A program made the translations under genes and the position numbers. A DNA stretch of 63,987 nucleotides, filler included, from Nitrospirota bacterium (GTDB lineage Bacteria > UBA2233), in NCBI GenBank assembly GCA_011620345.1. It is 5 parts of 5 records of this genome, joined end to end, with 100 filler letters (N's around TTAATTAATTAA, not from the genome) between each part and the next. Parts side by side here need not be neighbours in the genome. Positions count along the whole stretch, not along the records: positions 14,559 to 28,422 come from WOZJ01000025.1; 4 more parts are not named here. One strand, 5' to 3'. The notes under the pieces were generated by a model, which was given only the letters and a program-made list of their open reading frames with translations, ran no database searches and was not told the origin of the DNA. Below, piece after piece: positions 18,601-28,522 of the stretch (the first letter of the stretch is position 1; each line of letters opens with the position of its first letter).

Positions 18601-19683
18601 TTAACCAGACAACCCATCGGTTCTCTTCTGCCCTTTAGCATAGACAAACGCCAGAATCTCGGCAACAGCCTGGTAGAGCTTGGGCGGTATTTCCGCATCC
18701 AGGTTCACTTCCTTAAATAACGTGCGGGCAAGAGGGGGGTTTTGAACGACCTCAATGCGGTTCTCCCTTGCAGTATCTGCAATGCGGAGCGCAATGTAGC
18801 CTTTCCCCTTAGCAACGAGCTTTGGAGCCTTCATTCGGCCCTTGTCGTAAGCCAGTGCAACGGCGACGTGATCCGGGTTGGTAATGACGACATCGGCCGT
18901 TTTGACCTGCTCTATCATCCGGAAGCGGGCAAGCTCGCGCATCATTCTCCGAACGCGAGCCCGAACGAGCGGGTCCCCCTCGCGTTCTTTCATTTCCTCC
19001 TTGAGTTCTTGCCGGGTCATTCGAATGCTTCGGTCGTAATCCCAGAATTGGAACAAGGTATCAAGCACGGCCATGAAAAAAACGGCCGCAAGCAGCGGCA
19101 AAAGCATCCAATAAGAAAGTCCCCTAAGCAGTTCCAACCCATGGCCAAAGCCATACAATGGACTTGTAAGGATGTCATTAAGCTTGGCCTTCATGCACAA
19201 AAAGGCGATCGTCCCGATAATGACGAGCTTGATAAGCGCCTTGACGAGCTCGGCCAGCCCCTGAAAGGAGAATATCCTCGAGAACCCTTTGAGGGGGCTC
19301 AAGCGACTTAAGTCTGGTTCGATAGGGGTAGAGCTTAACACGATCGCCCCTTGAAGCGTATAGCCCAACAATCCGACTATTGGAAGCAGGATGAGAAACG
19401 GGGCCAGAGTCCAGCCAAAATAAAGCATGGCCTTCAGAAGGACGGACAAGGCCGAATCGATCGACAAGTCTCCCCGGAGCGCGTTCGATGCCGCCATCTC
19501 GAATGTGCCCCTGAACCCTGCCTGGATGCGGCCTGCAAACCCGAAGACCGCCCAAAATCCCACGGCCAAGATAAGAAACGAGACGATTTCCTTGCTTTTG
19601 GGAACCCGGCCTTTTTCGCGAAGTTCTTCCCGCCTTCTTGGGCTTGCCGGCTCTGTTCTTTCGAGCGTCGAGCGTTCCTGCAT
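18601..19683 (-). CDS. flhB: Flagellar export protein FlhB
   Basis: RTEPAS, EGDP, TNPDH autocleavage site (NPTH variant), LYQAVAEIL. Confidence 0.95.
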   Translation of the reverse strand: MQERSTLERTEPASPRRREELREKGRVPKSKEIVSFLILAVGFWAVFGFAGRIQAGFRGTFEMAASNALRGDLSIDSALSVLLKAMLYFGWTLAPFLILLPIVGLLGYTLQGAIVLSSTPIEPDLSRLSPLKGFSRIFSFQGLAELVKALIKLVIIGTIAFLCMKAKLNDILTSPLYGFGHGLELLRGLSYWMLLPLLAAVFFMAVLDTLFQFWDYDRSIRMTRQELKEEMKEREGDPLVRARVRRMMRELARFRMIEQVKTADVVITNPDHVAVALAYDKGRMKAPKLVAKGKGYIALRIADTARENRIEVVQNPPLARTLFKEVNLDAEIPPKLYQAVAEILAFVYAKGQKRTDGLSG

Positions 19684-19684
19684 C

Positions 19685-20467
19685 TTAGGGCGCTCCCTGC
19701 AACAAGCGTACGAGGTCTTTGCCGAACGTTTTCATGCTATCGGCAATAACCAAGGCCATAGGAGGAAGCCCGAGCAGCAGCATCAAAAGACCTACCTGAA
19801 TGGTCAAAGGAAAGCTCAACACAAAGATGTTTAGCTGAGGGGTGAGGCGCGCGATGATGCCCAGCGTCATGTTAACGGCCAGCAGCATGAACGTCGTTGG
19901 CAACGCAATCTCGATGGTTAGCCTGAAAAAGGTGCGGATCAGCTCGATGCACAATGTCTGGACGCCCGCTCCAAGATGAACTCCTTGGCTTACGGGGATA
20001 AGCTCAAAGCTTCGTTGGAGCATTCTTAAAAACAAATAGTGGGCATCAACGGCAAAAAAAAGAAGAATGCCAAGCATGTTAAAAAAAGCCGAAACAACAG
20101 AGCCTTGGAACTCAAAACCTGGATAGGCAACGTTGGCAATCCCGAACCCCATTTGGAACCCGATCAGCTGTCCTGCCGCCGCGAGCGTACCGAACAGCAC
20201 ACGAAAAACAAACCCTGCCATGATTCCGAGCAGAAGCTCCTTGAACGCAAACGCCACGAGGGCAAGCGGCTGAACAGGGAAAACGGCCGGGTCGACTGGA
20301 ACAACGCCCAGCAGCAACAGCGTAAGAAACAGGGCCAGTCCGATCTTGACCTGGGCAGGAACGAGGCGGTCGCCCAAAATCGGCATCGTGAACACGATGC
20401 CGCCCACCCGTAACAAAATCAGAAGGAACTTACGGATCTCATCCGGGGCGAAGGCAAGCATGTCCAT
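19685..20467 (-). CDS. fliR: Flagellar export protein FliR
   Basis: AGQLIGFQMG, PQLNIF, hydrophobic; position in operon. Confidence 0.93.
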   Translation of the reverse strand: MDMLAFAPDEIRKFLLILLRVGGIVFTMPILGDRLVPAQVKIGLALFLTLLLLGVVPVDPAVFPVQPLALVAFAFKELLLGIMAGFVFRVLFGTLAAAGQLIGFQMGFGIANVAYPGFEFQGSVVSAFFNMLGILLFFAVDAHYLFLRMLQRSFELIPVSQGVHLGAGVQTLCIELIRTFFRLTIEIALPTTFMLLAVNMTLGIIARLTPQLNIFVLSFPLTIQVGLLMLLLGLPPMALVIADSMKTFGKDLVRLLQGAP

Positions 20468-20470
20468 TTG

Positions 20471-20746
20471 TTAGAGCTTCCCCATGGAGGCCGGGATGCT
20501 CTGGTAGAGCATCCGGGTGTAATCCGTGAGCGTCGTAAGCATCCAAGGCATAAAGATTGCGATGACGATCACCATGACGAGCAGCTTCGGGATAAAGGCT
20601 ATTGACATCTCCTGAATCTGGGTAATTGCCTGGAGAATGGCGACGATAAGCCCGACGACAAGGCCTACAGCCAAAACGGGAAACGCCACCAGCGTAGTGA
20701 CCCAAAGAGCCTGCCTGGAGATATCGGTTACCATCTCCGGGGTCAT
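20471..20746 (-). CDS. fliQ: Flagellar export protein FliQ
   Basis: [16 protein letters not shown]. Confidence 0.95.
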   Translation of the reverse strand: MTPEMVTDISRQALWVTTLVAFPVLAVGLVVGLIVAILQAITQIQEMSIAFIPKLLVMVIVIAIFMPWMLTTLTDYTRMLYQSIPASMGKL

Positions 20747-21507
20747 GGGCCAAAGCTCCGAATCAATGTGTCGGCAACGATGTTCCAGCCATCCACCAAG
20801 ACGAACAGCATGAGCTTGAACGGCAAAGAAATGATTACGGGCGGAAGCATAAGCATGCCCATTGCCAAAAGGACGCTTGCAACGATCATGTCAATCACTA
20901 GAAACGGGATGTAAAACATAAAGCCAATCTGGAATGCCGTCTTGAGCTCGCTGATGATAAAAGCGGGGATGAGCACCCTCGTGGGGACTTCTTTGCTGCT
21001 TTTTGGTTTGGGCTGCTTTGCAAGGTTCAGCATGAGGCCCAAGTCTTTTTTCCTTGTCTGAGAAAACATAAACCTTCGAACGGGATTGATCGCTAAGTCC
21101 GTCGCCTCCTTGGGGCCGATTTCTTCCCTTAAGTAAGGCTGAAGCGCTCGATCGTTGATCTGGCCCCAAACGGGGGCCATTAAAAAGAACGTCAAGAACA
21201 AGGCAATTCCAACAAGCACCTGGTTGGGCGGAGTTTGCTGGACCCCTATCGCCTGTCTTAAGATCGAAAGGACGACCACAATTCGGGTAAACGAAGTCAG
21301 CATGATGACGATCGATGGCCCAAGCGAAAGAACGGTCAAAAGGAACAAGATTTCGAGGGTCGTGGCCACCTGTTTAGGGCTCGAGGCTTGCCCGAACTCC
21401 AGCCGGACGCTTGGAAGCCCGAGAGCTTCCTGGGCAAACCCATGCGAAGCGCTCAAGGCAAGGCAAGCAAGGCTCAAGAAGAGAAGCAAGCAGTTCCGAG
21501 TGTTCAT
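20743..21507 (-). CDS. fliP: Flagellar export protein FliP
   Basis: [40 protein letters not shown]; start 21507 or 21552. Confidence 0.95.
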   Translation of the reverse strand: MNTRNCLLLFLSLACLALSASHGFAQEALGLPSVRLEFGQASSPKQVATTLEILFLLTVLSLGPSIVIMLTSFTRIVVVLSILRQAIGVQQTPPNQVLVGIALFLTFFLMAPVWGQINDRALQPYLREEIGPKEATDLAINPVRRFMFSQTRKKDLGLMLNLAKQPKPKSSKEVPTRVLIPAFIISELKTAFQIGFMFYIPFLVIDMIVASVLLAMGMLMLPPVIISLPFKLMLFVLVDGWNIVADTLIRSFGP

Positions 21508-21523
21508 CGGAGACCAGGCACGT

Positions 21524-21874
21524 TTAGGATCCAGAGCGTGGTGAACCCCCATATTCCTTGGAAAGGGCCCAGGGGAAACGAAGGGTTTTCTTACTAGCAG
21601 CAGGGTCACGAATGCTCTCAGTTAGGTCTTGAGCTTGAAGCGTATCGATAAGGCTAATGGTCCTATCCGTGAGCCCTAAAACGTAGGCCTTTTCTCCAAT
21701 GGCCACCAAAGCGATGGATTTTTTTGGCCCAAGGCTACGAATCGCCACAACACGCACGCCCTCCATCGCCTGACCGTAAGGGGTGAACGCCAAGACTCGC
21801 TTGAGCACATAGCCTAGGACAGCTATGACACAAACGAGCAGCGCGGTAGTCAGGTAGACCCCTAGAAGGCTCAA
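21524..21874 (-). CDS. fliO: Flagellar biosynthesis protein FliO
   Basis: N-terminal [16 protein letters not shown]; between fliN and fliP. Confidence 0.82.
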   Translation of the reverse strand: MSLLGVYLTTALLVCVIAVLGYVLKRVLAFTPYGQAMEGVRVVAIRSLGPKKSIALVAIGEKAYVLGLTDRTISLIDTLQAQDLTESIRDPAASKKTLRFPWALSKEYGGSPRSGS

Positions 21875-22152
21875 GCGCTCATTGCTCCCTTGATGCGTTC
21901 GGCCGGGTTCACTATTTCCACGATTCGTATCCCCATTTGACCGTCAAGCTCAATAAGCTCGCCTTTCGCGATCACCCTCCCGTTTACGACAAGCTCCAAG
22001 GGTTCTTGAATGCCCTTGTTGAGCTCTACCACGCTTCCGTGCGTAAGCGTCAATATTTCGCCGATCGTCATCCGCTTGGAGCCCAGCTCGGCATTTAACG
22101 CAACCGGAACATCCAATAAAAAAGATATATCCCGCATGCCCTTTGATTCCAC
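21871..22152 (-). CDS. fliN: Flagellar motor switch protein FliN
   Basis: SpoA domain (LLDVPV, GSVVEL, IAKGE, GIRI). Confidence 0.92.
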   Translation of the reverse strand: MESKGMRDISFLLDVPVALNAELGSKRMTIGEILTLTHGSVVELNKGIQEPLELVVNGRVIAKGELIELDGQMGIRIVEIVNPAERIKGAMSA

Positions 22153-22170
22153 GAAGAACCTCCCAAATGG

Positions 22171-23154
22171 TTATTCCATGATGCTTCTTTGAATATGCAG
22201 CGCCTTCATTCCCCGCTTTTTCCCCAAGGTGCCCTCAAACTTCTTTACGCCTTCAATCGTCAAGAAGGCTCGAAAGTCGTCCGAAGCCCTACCCAAAGGC
22301 AACAGGCTTCCTTCTGTAAGCTTAAGGAGATCATCTAGCGTCAACGAAAGCCTGGACAGCTCGGCCTTTAGTTCGACTTCCACCTTGTTTAGCTCTTTTT
22401 CGAGCATTTTTTCCACGTGGACATCCCTATCGCCGTGATAGGGAGACGCCAAAAGCTGGCGCACGCCCTCAAAAGGCCTCAGAGGCATAAGAAAGCGCAA
22501 CTCGCACTTTTTTTCTTCTTCCTGAAGCTTGACCAAGATCGTGTAGCGAGCAACGGCCACGCTTTCTTTTGGGCCGGAGATATACAACGCCTGGGGACGC
22601 GTTTTGAATCCGGCCGCCTTTGGGGTTAAGGGAAGAAAGCCCTCAAACCCAGAAAGAAGGCTTTCTTCAAGCCGATCCTCGAGCGTCCGGTAGAGCATCT
22701 CCCCCTCGAGCTCGTTGATGGGCCTATCGACCTTCTCTGGAGGATCTCCTGCAAGGACCGCGTAGATCAAAAAAAAAGCAAACCATGGGTCGATGATCAA
22801 GGCCGACTTTCCGACGATGGGATCGAGCGAGAACAGGATGGAATAAAACCCCTCGGGCAAGGTAAAGGCGCTCTCTTCAAGGCTCGAGACGCTAAGCCCT
22901 CCAAATTGAACCCTGCAGTCTTTTCTAGAAAGTGCTACAAAGGCCCGCTCTAAGGAATCGCCAAGCTTTTTCAGAGCGACCTCAAGGCCGGAGAGTTGCC
23001 TCGTCGACCACTTTTGCACAACGTCTCGAACGAGCAATTGCAGGCCCTCTGGGCGCTCCTGCGCCGAGGATTGAGAGGCGCTATCCATCCTTATTTCATG
23101 CCGGACAACGGCGTTCTTCAACTCTTCTAACTCTTCGCTGGACGGCTCTCGCAT
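22171..23154 (-). CDS. fliM: Flagellar motor switch protein FliM (divergent)
   Basis: Size, position between fliL and fliN, C-terminal SpoA-like domain. Confidence 0.75.
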   Translation of the reverse strand: MREPSSEELEELKNAVVRHEIRMDSASQSSAQERPEGLQLLVRDVVQKWSTRQLSGLEVALKKLGDSLERAFVALSRKDCRVQFGGLSVSSLEESAFTLPEGFYSILFSLDPIVGKSALIIDPWFAFFLIYAVLAGDPPEKVDRPINELEGEMLYRTLEDRLEESLLSGFEGFLPLTPKAAGFKTRPQALYISGPKESVAVARYTILVKLQEEEKKCELRFLMPLRPFEGVRQLLASPYHGDRDVHVEKMLEKELNKVEVELKAELSRLSLTLDDLLKLTEGSLLPLGRASDDFRAFLTIEGVKKFEGTLGKKRGMKALHIQRSIME

Positions 23155-23163
23155 GGGCGCTCC

Positions 23164-23676
23164 CTACTCGACGATATACTCGGTAATCAATATTTCATCA
23201 ACAAGCTGACCGCCCAGGCTATGGTTGATGCGCTCCCGCAGTTCTTTTTTGAGGGTCGCCTTGATCTCCGGGGAAAGCGCCTCAGTATAGCTAAGTCGGC
23301 TAATCCGATCAAGGACGATGTCTTTTAAAATTGGAACCATGCTTTTGCCATAATCGTGGGCTTTCTTTTCCACAAAGACAACCTGCACCTGCACTCTTGC
23401 GTAGTGTCCGAGCGGAGCAGCATCATCCCCAAGCAGGTTGACTACGGCAGGCCCTAAATCTAGGGCCCTCTCTGTGATGGGCCCCCTAGCGAACGCTGGG
23501 AGGCTATCGGAACTCTCGGGTTCGCCCTTTAGAAGGAATGCCCCAAGAAAGACGCCTACAAACAAAGACACAATGCCTATGATGGCGTACAGGAAGCTCC
23601 TGGACTTCAACGCGATCCCCCGTATTTTTCTTTTCTCAATGTTTCCTGCAGGTGATGGAGGTGGGATTTGAATCAT
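23164..23676 (-). CDS. fliL: Flagellar basal body-associated protein FliL
   Basis: Single TM, VVNL, ILITEYIVE C-terminus. Confidence 0.85.
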   Translation of the reverse strand: MIQIPPPSPAGNIEKRKIRGIALKSRSFLYAIIGIVSLFVGVFLGAFLLKGEPESSDSLPAFARGPITERALDLGPAVVNLLGDDAAPLGHYARVQVQVVFVEKKAHDYGKSMVPILKDIVLDRISRLSYTEALSPEIKATLKKELRERINHSLGGQLVDEILITEYIVE

Positions 23677-24359
23677 TAGAGCTTCGCACCGATAAGAACC
23701 ATCTCGACGCGACGGTTGGACTGTTTCCCTTCTGGCGTTTCGTTCGAAGCCACTGGCTTGAACTCTCCGTACCCTACGGCCGAGAGCCTAACCGGAGGTA
23801 TTTTCTTTACCTCTACGAGGTAGCGGACGACGCTTACCGCTCTTGTAGCAGAAAGTTCCCAGTTCGATGGGAACTGGGGCGTATGAATGGGTACGCTGTC
23901 CGTATGACCCTCTACCCGCAAATCAAAGGCGGTTGACGTTAAAATTTGCGCTACGCGGTCCAAAATGGGTAAGGCATCGGGTTTTAAGTCTGCCTGCCCC
24001 ACGTCGTAGAGCAACTTGTCGGCAAGCGTCAGGTAAACGCCCTCTTTTTTCTGGCTTACCTGGACCCCGGGGATTTGCGAGAGCTTCTTGAGCTCCTCAA
24101 AGACAGGAGTAATCGAGGAGCGAGGAACGAGCCCGCCCGGCTGATCAATAGGCACTCTACCCGTTTGGGGCATGGTGCCCGCGGCTTTTGGTGCGGTCTT
24201 GCCAGTAAAATACTCCGAGAACATCTGAAGCCTTCCGACGTCAACGATCGAGAGCGAGAAAGCCATAATGAAGAAAATAAGGACGTTGGTCAGCAGGTCG
24301 ATGTAAGCGATCCGCCATTCATCCCCTCCGTGTACGGCTGGCCTTTTTTTTATCGCCAT
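23676..24359 (-). CDS. motB: Flagellar stator subunit MotB
   Basis: WRIAYIDLLT TM with catalytic Asp; OmpA-like GHTD, NWELS, NRRV; start ATG 24359. Confidence 0.92.
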   Translation of the reverse strand: MAIKKRPAVHGGDEWRIAYIDLLTNVLIFFIMAFSLSIVDVGRLQMFSEYFTGKTAPKAAGTMPQTGRVPIDQPGGLVPRSSITPVFEELKKLSQIPGVQVSQKKEGVYLTLADKLLYDVGQADLKPDALPILDRVAQILTSTAFDLRVEGHTDSVPIHTPQFPSNWELSATRAVSVVRYLVEVKKIPPVRLSAVGYGEFKPVASNETPEGKQSNRRVEMVLIGAKL

Positions 24360-24381
24360 GGGCTTTATCTCGCGCCTTTCG

Positions 24382-25209
24382 CTAAAGCCCGGCCGCGGCC
24401 CGGCCTTTGGGTTGTTCTGCTGCGAGTGCTGCACCTTTTCTTGTGGTCGGAGGCAGAAGGGCCTCCATCCTCTGCCGAACCAGCGGCGCCGGGTCTCCTG
24501 CCTGAAGGGCAAGGATCCCTTCCATCAGCAGGAGCTTTTCGTTTACCTCCTCATCCGAGCGCTTGGACAGCTTCTGGGCAATGGGGGCAAAGATCAGGTA
24601 GGCCAGCGTGATTCCGTAGAGCGTGGCGCACATAGCAATGGACATGCCCGCCGCCATTCTGGAGATCGTTTCCGGGCCCGCCTGGCCTTCGCCCAGCGCG
24701 CCAAGCATCTGAATGATGCCGATCACCGCGCCGATCAGCCCGAACGCGGGACCGGCCTGCACACCGAATCGGAACATCTCTTGGCCCACCTTGTGGCGTT
24801 CTTGCATGCCCTCGATATCCTTGCTTAAGATGTCCTCGATCTTGTCCGATGCGATGCCGTCAGCAACAAGCTGGCAGCCTTGCTTGTAGAACTCATCGTC
24901 AAAGCGCTCCATCGCGCGCTCCATGGCAATCGGGCCCTCTCTGCGGATGACGCGGGCATACTCTTCGAACGTGTCGATGAACCCGGGAAGGTCGTGCGCG
25001 TTCCTTACAAAAAAAACAGCCCTGACATACCTGAATGTCCGAAGGACATCTTTCAATGGGTAGGCGATAAAGAGCGAGGCCAACACGCCCCCGAAGGTGA
25101 TCATAAACCCATGTATGCTCAAATACAGCCTGGCGTTCCCCTCCATGAATATCGCCCCAAAGATGAGGGCGACGCCCGCCACCATCCCGATCGCGCTCGA
25201 TAAATCCAT
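24382..25209 (-). CDS. motA: Flagellar stator subunit MotA/PomA family
   Basis: RREG, PAFGLIG, TLYG, four TM segments. Confidence 0.92.
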   Translation of the reverse strand: MDLSSAIGMVAGVALIFGAIFMEGNARLYLSIHGFMITFGGVLASLFIAYPLKDVLRTFRYVRAVFFVRNAHDLPGFIDTFEEYARVIRREGPIAMERAMERFDDEFYKQGCQLVADGIASDKIEDILSKDIEGMQERHKVGQEMFRFGVQAGPAFGLIGAVIGIIQMLGALGEGQAGPETISRMAAGMSIAMCATLYGITLAYLIFAPIAQKLSKRSDEEVNEKLLLMEGILALQAGDPAPLVRQRMEALLPPTTRKGAALAAEQPKGRAAAGL

Positions 25210-25422
25210 TTACCCCTCCTTGGTTGAGCTTGGGCCTAGCCTGGGGAAAGCCATTCGTTTGTACTCTAAAAATAGCTTTCGTACCTGTTCCGGCGTCTCC
25301 TTCGCGACGAGCTTCTTTTTTGTTGTGAGAGAGACAATGGCGTTTTTTTCCCCCTCGACAGTCTCGATCAGGTCCGGGTTCAGGTAAAACACCTCGTCGT
25401 TCAAACGGGTCAGCTTAATCAT
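25210..25422 (-). CDS. flbD: FlbD/SwrD family flagellar protein
   Basis: MIKLTRLN...NPDLIE...KET signature. Confidence 0.9.
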   Translation of the reverse strand: MIKLTRLNDEVFYLNPDLIETVEGEKNAIVSLTTKKKLVAKETPEQVRKLFLEYKRMAFPRLGPSSTKEG

Positions 25423-25434
25423 GAGCGCAGCAAA

Positions 25435-26964
25435 CTACCTCCTTAACCCCGTCAAAACCTGAAACATCTGGTCTGCTGTCCGGATCGTCTCGGCGTTGGC
25501 CTGGTAGAAGCGCTGAACCTTTATCATGTCGACAAACTCTTTTGTGATGTCCACGTTTGACTGCTCGACGTTGCGGATGACCACGGAGCCCCTTTGGCCC
25601 GTATTCGGCTTGCCGATGAGCGCAATACCCGAAACGTTAGACTCGATGAAGTTGTTCTTGCCCACACGCTCCAGGCCTCCTTGGTTGGGGAACTCGGCCA
25701 GCGCCACTTGGGATACGTAGGTCGTGCTGCCGTCTGGGTTTAGCCCGAAGATTCGACCGTTTAAGTCCATGTCGATTGCCATATAGTGCTGGGCCGTTTG
25801 GCCGTTTTGCCAGATGGCGTTCACGTTCGAAGGCGCCGAGCGCTGGGTAGCGGGCCCAAGCTTGGGATCGAGGGGAATACCCTGGCCCCTTCTTGCCTGG
25901 TCTCGCTGGGGGCTTTCGATGCCGAGGTCAAAGCCGATGGCCTGAGGGTTCACAGAGCCGTCGTCAAAAACGTAAGAACCAGGCGCGTATGTCAGCTGCT
26001 GCCTGAGCTGGCCTGTTCTGTCGAAGGTAAGGCATTGCACGTTGCCGAGCGTCCGGACTTGCAGTCCGCCAGGCAGCTTCGCGTTGTAGGCCGTCCACAT
26101 CATCCAGGTCGAGCCTGGGGAGGCCGGGTTGCTGCCGAGCATGGTTGAATCGGACAACTTCGTGAAGTATACATCTACAGCGTGTTCTTCACCCTGCGAA
26201 TCGATTACCGATACCTGGGTCGTGTAATCGGCATAGGTGTTGGATAGATACCCAATCATGTCAGCGCTGAGCTGGCTTATGTTTCCTGTTGCCAAGTCCT
26301 GAGACAGGCGGCGTGCTAGGTCGGGGGGAAAGCGGTTTATGCTGCCCTGCAGGGCCGAAACGAGCTGTCCGACGTTGCCCGAAGCCGTGGCCTGTGCCAG
26401 TTGCGTGAGCAAGCCGAGCATGTCGTTCGGGTTTTGAACGTGCGCACGGGTGTTGCTATCCAAGTTCACGTTCATTTTGACGGCCGAGGTGGCCTTTGGG
26501 GTCTGCAGGTCGTTGCGGATATAAACATCCGTAAGCGCACCCGCGGCCGTACCGGTTACGGGATCGAGGCTGTAGCCCTGAAGTCGCTGGCCCCAGGAGT
26601 TGATGACGTAGCCATCAGCATTCGTCCCGAACTGACCGGCGCGGGAGTAGTATACGGCTCCATTAGGATCTTTCAAAACGAACAACCCATCGCCGTCTAT
26701 CGCCATGTCCAGGGGGTTGCCCGTGTCCATGAGCGTACCTTGGGTAAAATTGGAGGTAATTCCAGCCATACGAACGCCAGCGCCCAAATCCGAGGGGAAA
26801 TACGTGCCCGTCAAGCGTTGGTAGAGAAGGTCTTCGAAGCGGGCCTGGCCTGCCTTGAACCCTGCCGTGCTTGCGTTCGAGATGTTGTTTCCGGTCACGC
26901 TCATCGCGTTGTCGTTCGCGATGAGGCCAGTCGAGCCTGTATCGAGCGTTCTTACGATGGACAT
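25435..26964 (-). CDS. flgE: Flagellar hook protein FlgE
   Basis: GNNISN, LDMAIDGDG, YSRAGQF, EQSNVD, QRFYQAN. Confidence 0.92.
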   Translation of the reverse strand: MSIVRTLDTGSTGLIANDNAMSVTGNNISNASTAGFKAGQARFEDLLYQRLTGTYFPSDLGAGVRMAGITSNFTQGTLMDTGNPLDMAIDGDGLFVLKDPNGAVYYSRAGQFGTNADGYVINSWGQRLQGYSLDPVTGTAAGALTDVYIRNDLQTPKATSAVKMNVNLDSNTRAHVQNPNDMLGLLTQLAQATASGNVGQLVSALQGSINRFPPDLARRLSQDLATGNISQLSADMIGYLSNTYADYTTQVSVIDSQGEEHAVDVYFTKLSDSTMLGSNPASPGSTWMMWTAYNAKLPGGLQVRTLGNVQCLTFDRTGQLRQQLTYAPGSYVFDDGSVNPQAIGFDLGIESPQRDQARRGQGIPLDPKLGPATQRSAPSNVNAIWQNGQTAQHYMAIDMDLNGRIFGLNPDGSTTYVSQVALAEFPNQGGLERVGKNNFIESNVSGIALIGKPNTGQRGSVVIRNVEQSNVDITKEFVDMIKVQRFYQANAETIRTADQMFQVLTGLRR

Positions 26965-27055
26965 GGCTTTCCCCCTCGCCTTTGGTTATCGTTTCTAGTT
27001 CTTATGTCCCCACGAGCGGGGCTGGAAAGACCCGCCTTCTTAAATTCAGCCAAGC

Positions 27056-27763
27056 TCATGCCTGGCCATTGACCCGGGTAACGTCCGAGAGCGCAACCTC
27101 CTTGCCGTCGACGATCAGCCTTGGCGTTTCGCCCGATAGGTCAACCGAGGTGACAACGCCCTTGCGGCCTTGCTCAATCGTCACGGAGTTCCCGGCGGCG
27201 TCCTTGGCCTCGAAGCGCACGCTATACCGGCCATCGGACAGCGGCTTCCCATCAGGGCCGACCGGGATGATTTGAAGCGCCTGATCCCCTGCTTTTTGCG
27301 CCCCTAAAGGGTAGCGGGCCACTTCCTTTCCCTGGCCGTCAAGAAGAACGGCCTGGAGCGAGGCCGCATCCGAAGCAAGCCGTATTGGTACGGAAACTGG
27401 CTGGCCGCCGATCACGTCCAACGATCGGCCGCCTGCTTCGACCTCCTTGCCGATAAGCGAAACGGGGTCAAGGCCGGAACGCGAGCCGAGCGTTTGCGCC
27501 ATCTGCTGCAAGATCTTATTCGTGTTTGTCGCCTGCTCTAACGCACTGAACTGGGCAAGCTGGGAGGTGAATTCAAGGTTGTCCATCGGCTGCAGAGGGT
27601 TTTGGTTTTGCATCTGAGCAACCAGTAGTTTTAAAAAATCCGACTGGATCGCTTGGGGATCGCTCTTAGAAGCTTGCGGGACGGCGCTGCTCGATGGGCT
27701 GATCGAGGCAAACGCGTTTGCAGACTTCGGCATGGAAAGGTCAACATTGCTAACGACTGCCAT
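27056..27763 (-). CDS. flgD: Hook capping protein FlgD
   Basis: FLKLLVAQMQNQNP, QLAQFSALEQ. Confidence 0.93.
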   Translation of the reverse strand: MAVVSNVDLSMPKSANAFASISPSSSAVPQASKSDPQAIQSDFLKLLVAQMQNQNPLQPMDNLEFTSQLAQFSALEQATNTNKILQQMAQTLGSRSGLDPVSLIGKEVEAGGRSLDVIGGQPVSVPIRLASDAASLQAVLLDGQGKEVARYPLGAQKAGDQALQIIPVGPDGKPLSDGRYSVRFEAKDAAGNSVTIEQGRKGVVTSVDLSGETPRLIVDGKEVALSDVTRVNGQA

Positions 27764-27784
27764 AGCTTTTCTCCTTTCGCTTGG

Positions 27785-28422
27785 CTAGACACGGATGCTC
27801 AACATTCCTTTGTGGTGAGGCAATACAGGCAGTATTGCGCTTGAGGATGCCGCCTCTTGCCCGTTGGATAAATTCACCGTATGGGTCATGAGAGGCTGCC
27901 CCGAAAAGCCTTCAAACTCCTTAGAGAATGAACCCGGATTTCCGATGGATAAGGAGAACTGCGTCAAGTCAAGCCCTTGTTCTCTAAGATTATCCTGTAA
28001 TCCCGCCTGGCCTTGCTTAAGGGCTTGGCCTGCCTCATGCGAGTTTGCCACGATAAATACCCTTAGGTCGCTTCCTTTTAGGTCAAGCCGAACAGTAAGC
28101 TCCCCCAAATCTGGAGGCTCGAGCGCAAGCGTAACCGTATGCCTTTGCTGTATAGCAGGCCTATCCTGAGAAAGGGAGCCAAGGATGGCTTCCTGAAGTT
28201 GCCTTGTGACCTCTTGAGCTTCGACCTTGTTCGGCCCGAAAGAGCGGCTCGAAGCCATGGCTTCTTGAAAGGAGATATTGGCGTCTTGCTTGTCCTTGGA
28301 CTGCAGTAACGGCATCGCTTTTTGGCGGCCCCCCCCATTGTTTTCTGCTTGGATTTTGGAGGCAAACTCCGGCGTCTCTTTAAGATTTAGCCAAGCGCGG
28401 TGTTCAGAAAATCGACTCTCTA
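27785..28422 (-). CDS. fliK: Hook-length control protein FliK, C-terminal part (5' truncated)
   Basis: LEPPDLGEL and L..QGL motifs; frame stays open up to the contig edge. Confidence 0.82.
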
Positions 28423-28522
28423 NNNNNNNNNNNNNNNNNNNNNNNNNNNNNNNNNNNNNNNNNNNNTTAATTAATTAANNNNNNNNNNNNNNNNNNNNNN
28501 NNNNNNNNNNNNNNNNNNNNNN
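28423..28522. other. Artificial contig spacer
   Basis: N44-TTAATTAATTAA-N44. Confidence 0.99.

Noticed and set aside
26965-27055. GCGGG/CCCGC hairpin and AACGATAA between flgD and flgE as a riboswitch or sigma28 promoter
   Set aside because: No c-di-GMP riboswitch consensus, and no TAAA at the right spacing
28329-28336. G8 tract in fliK as a phase-variation site
   Set aside because: Short, in frame (Gly codons), and no evidence of slippage
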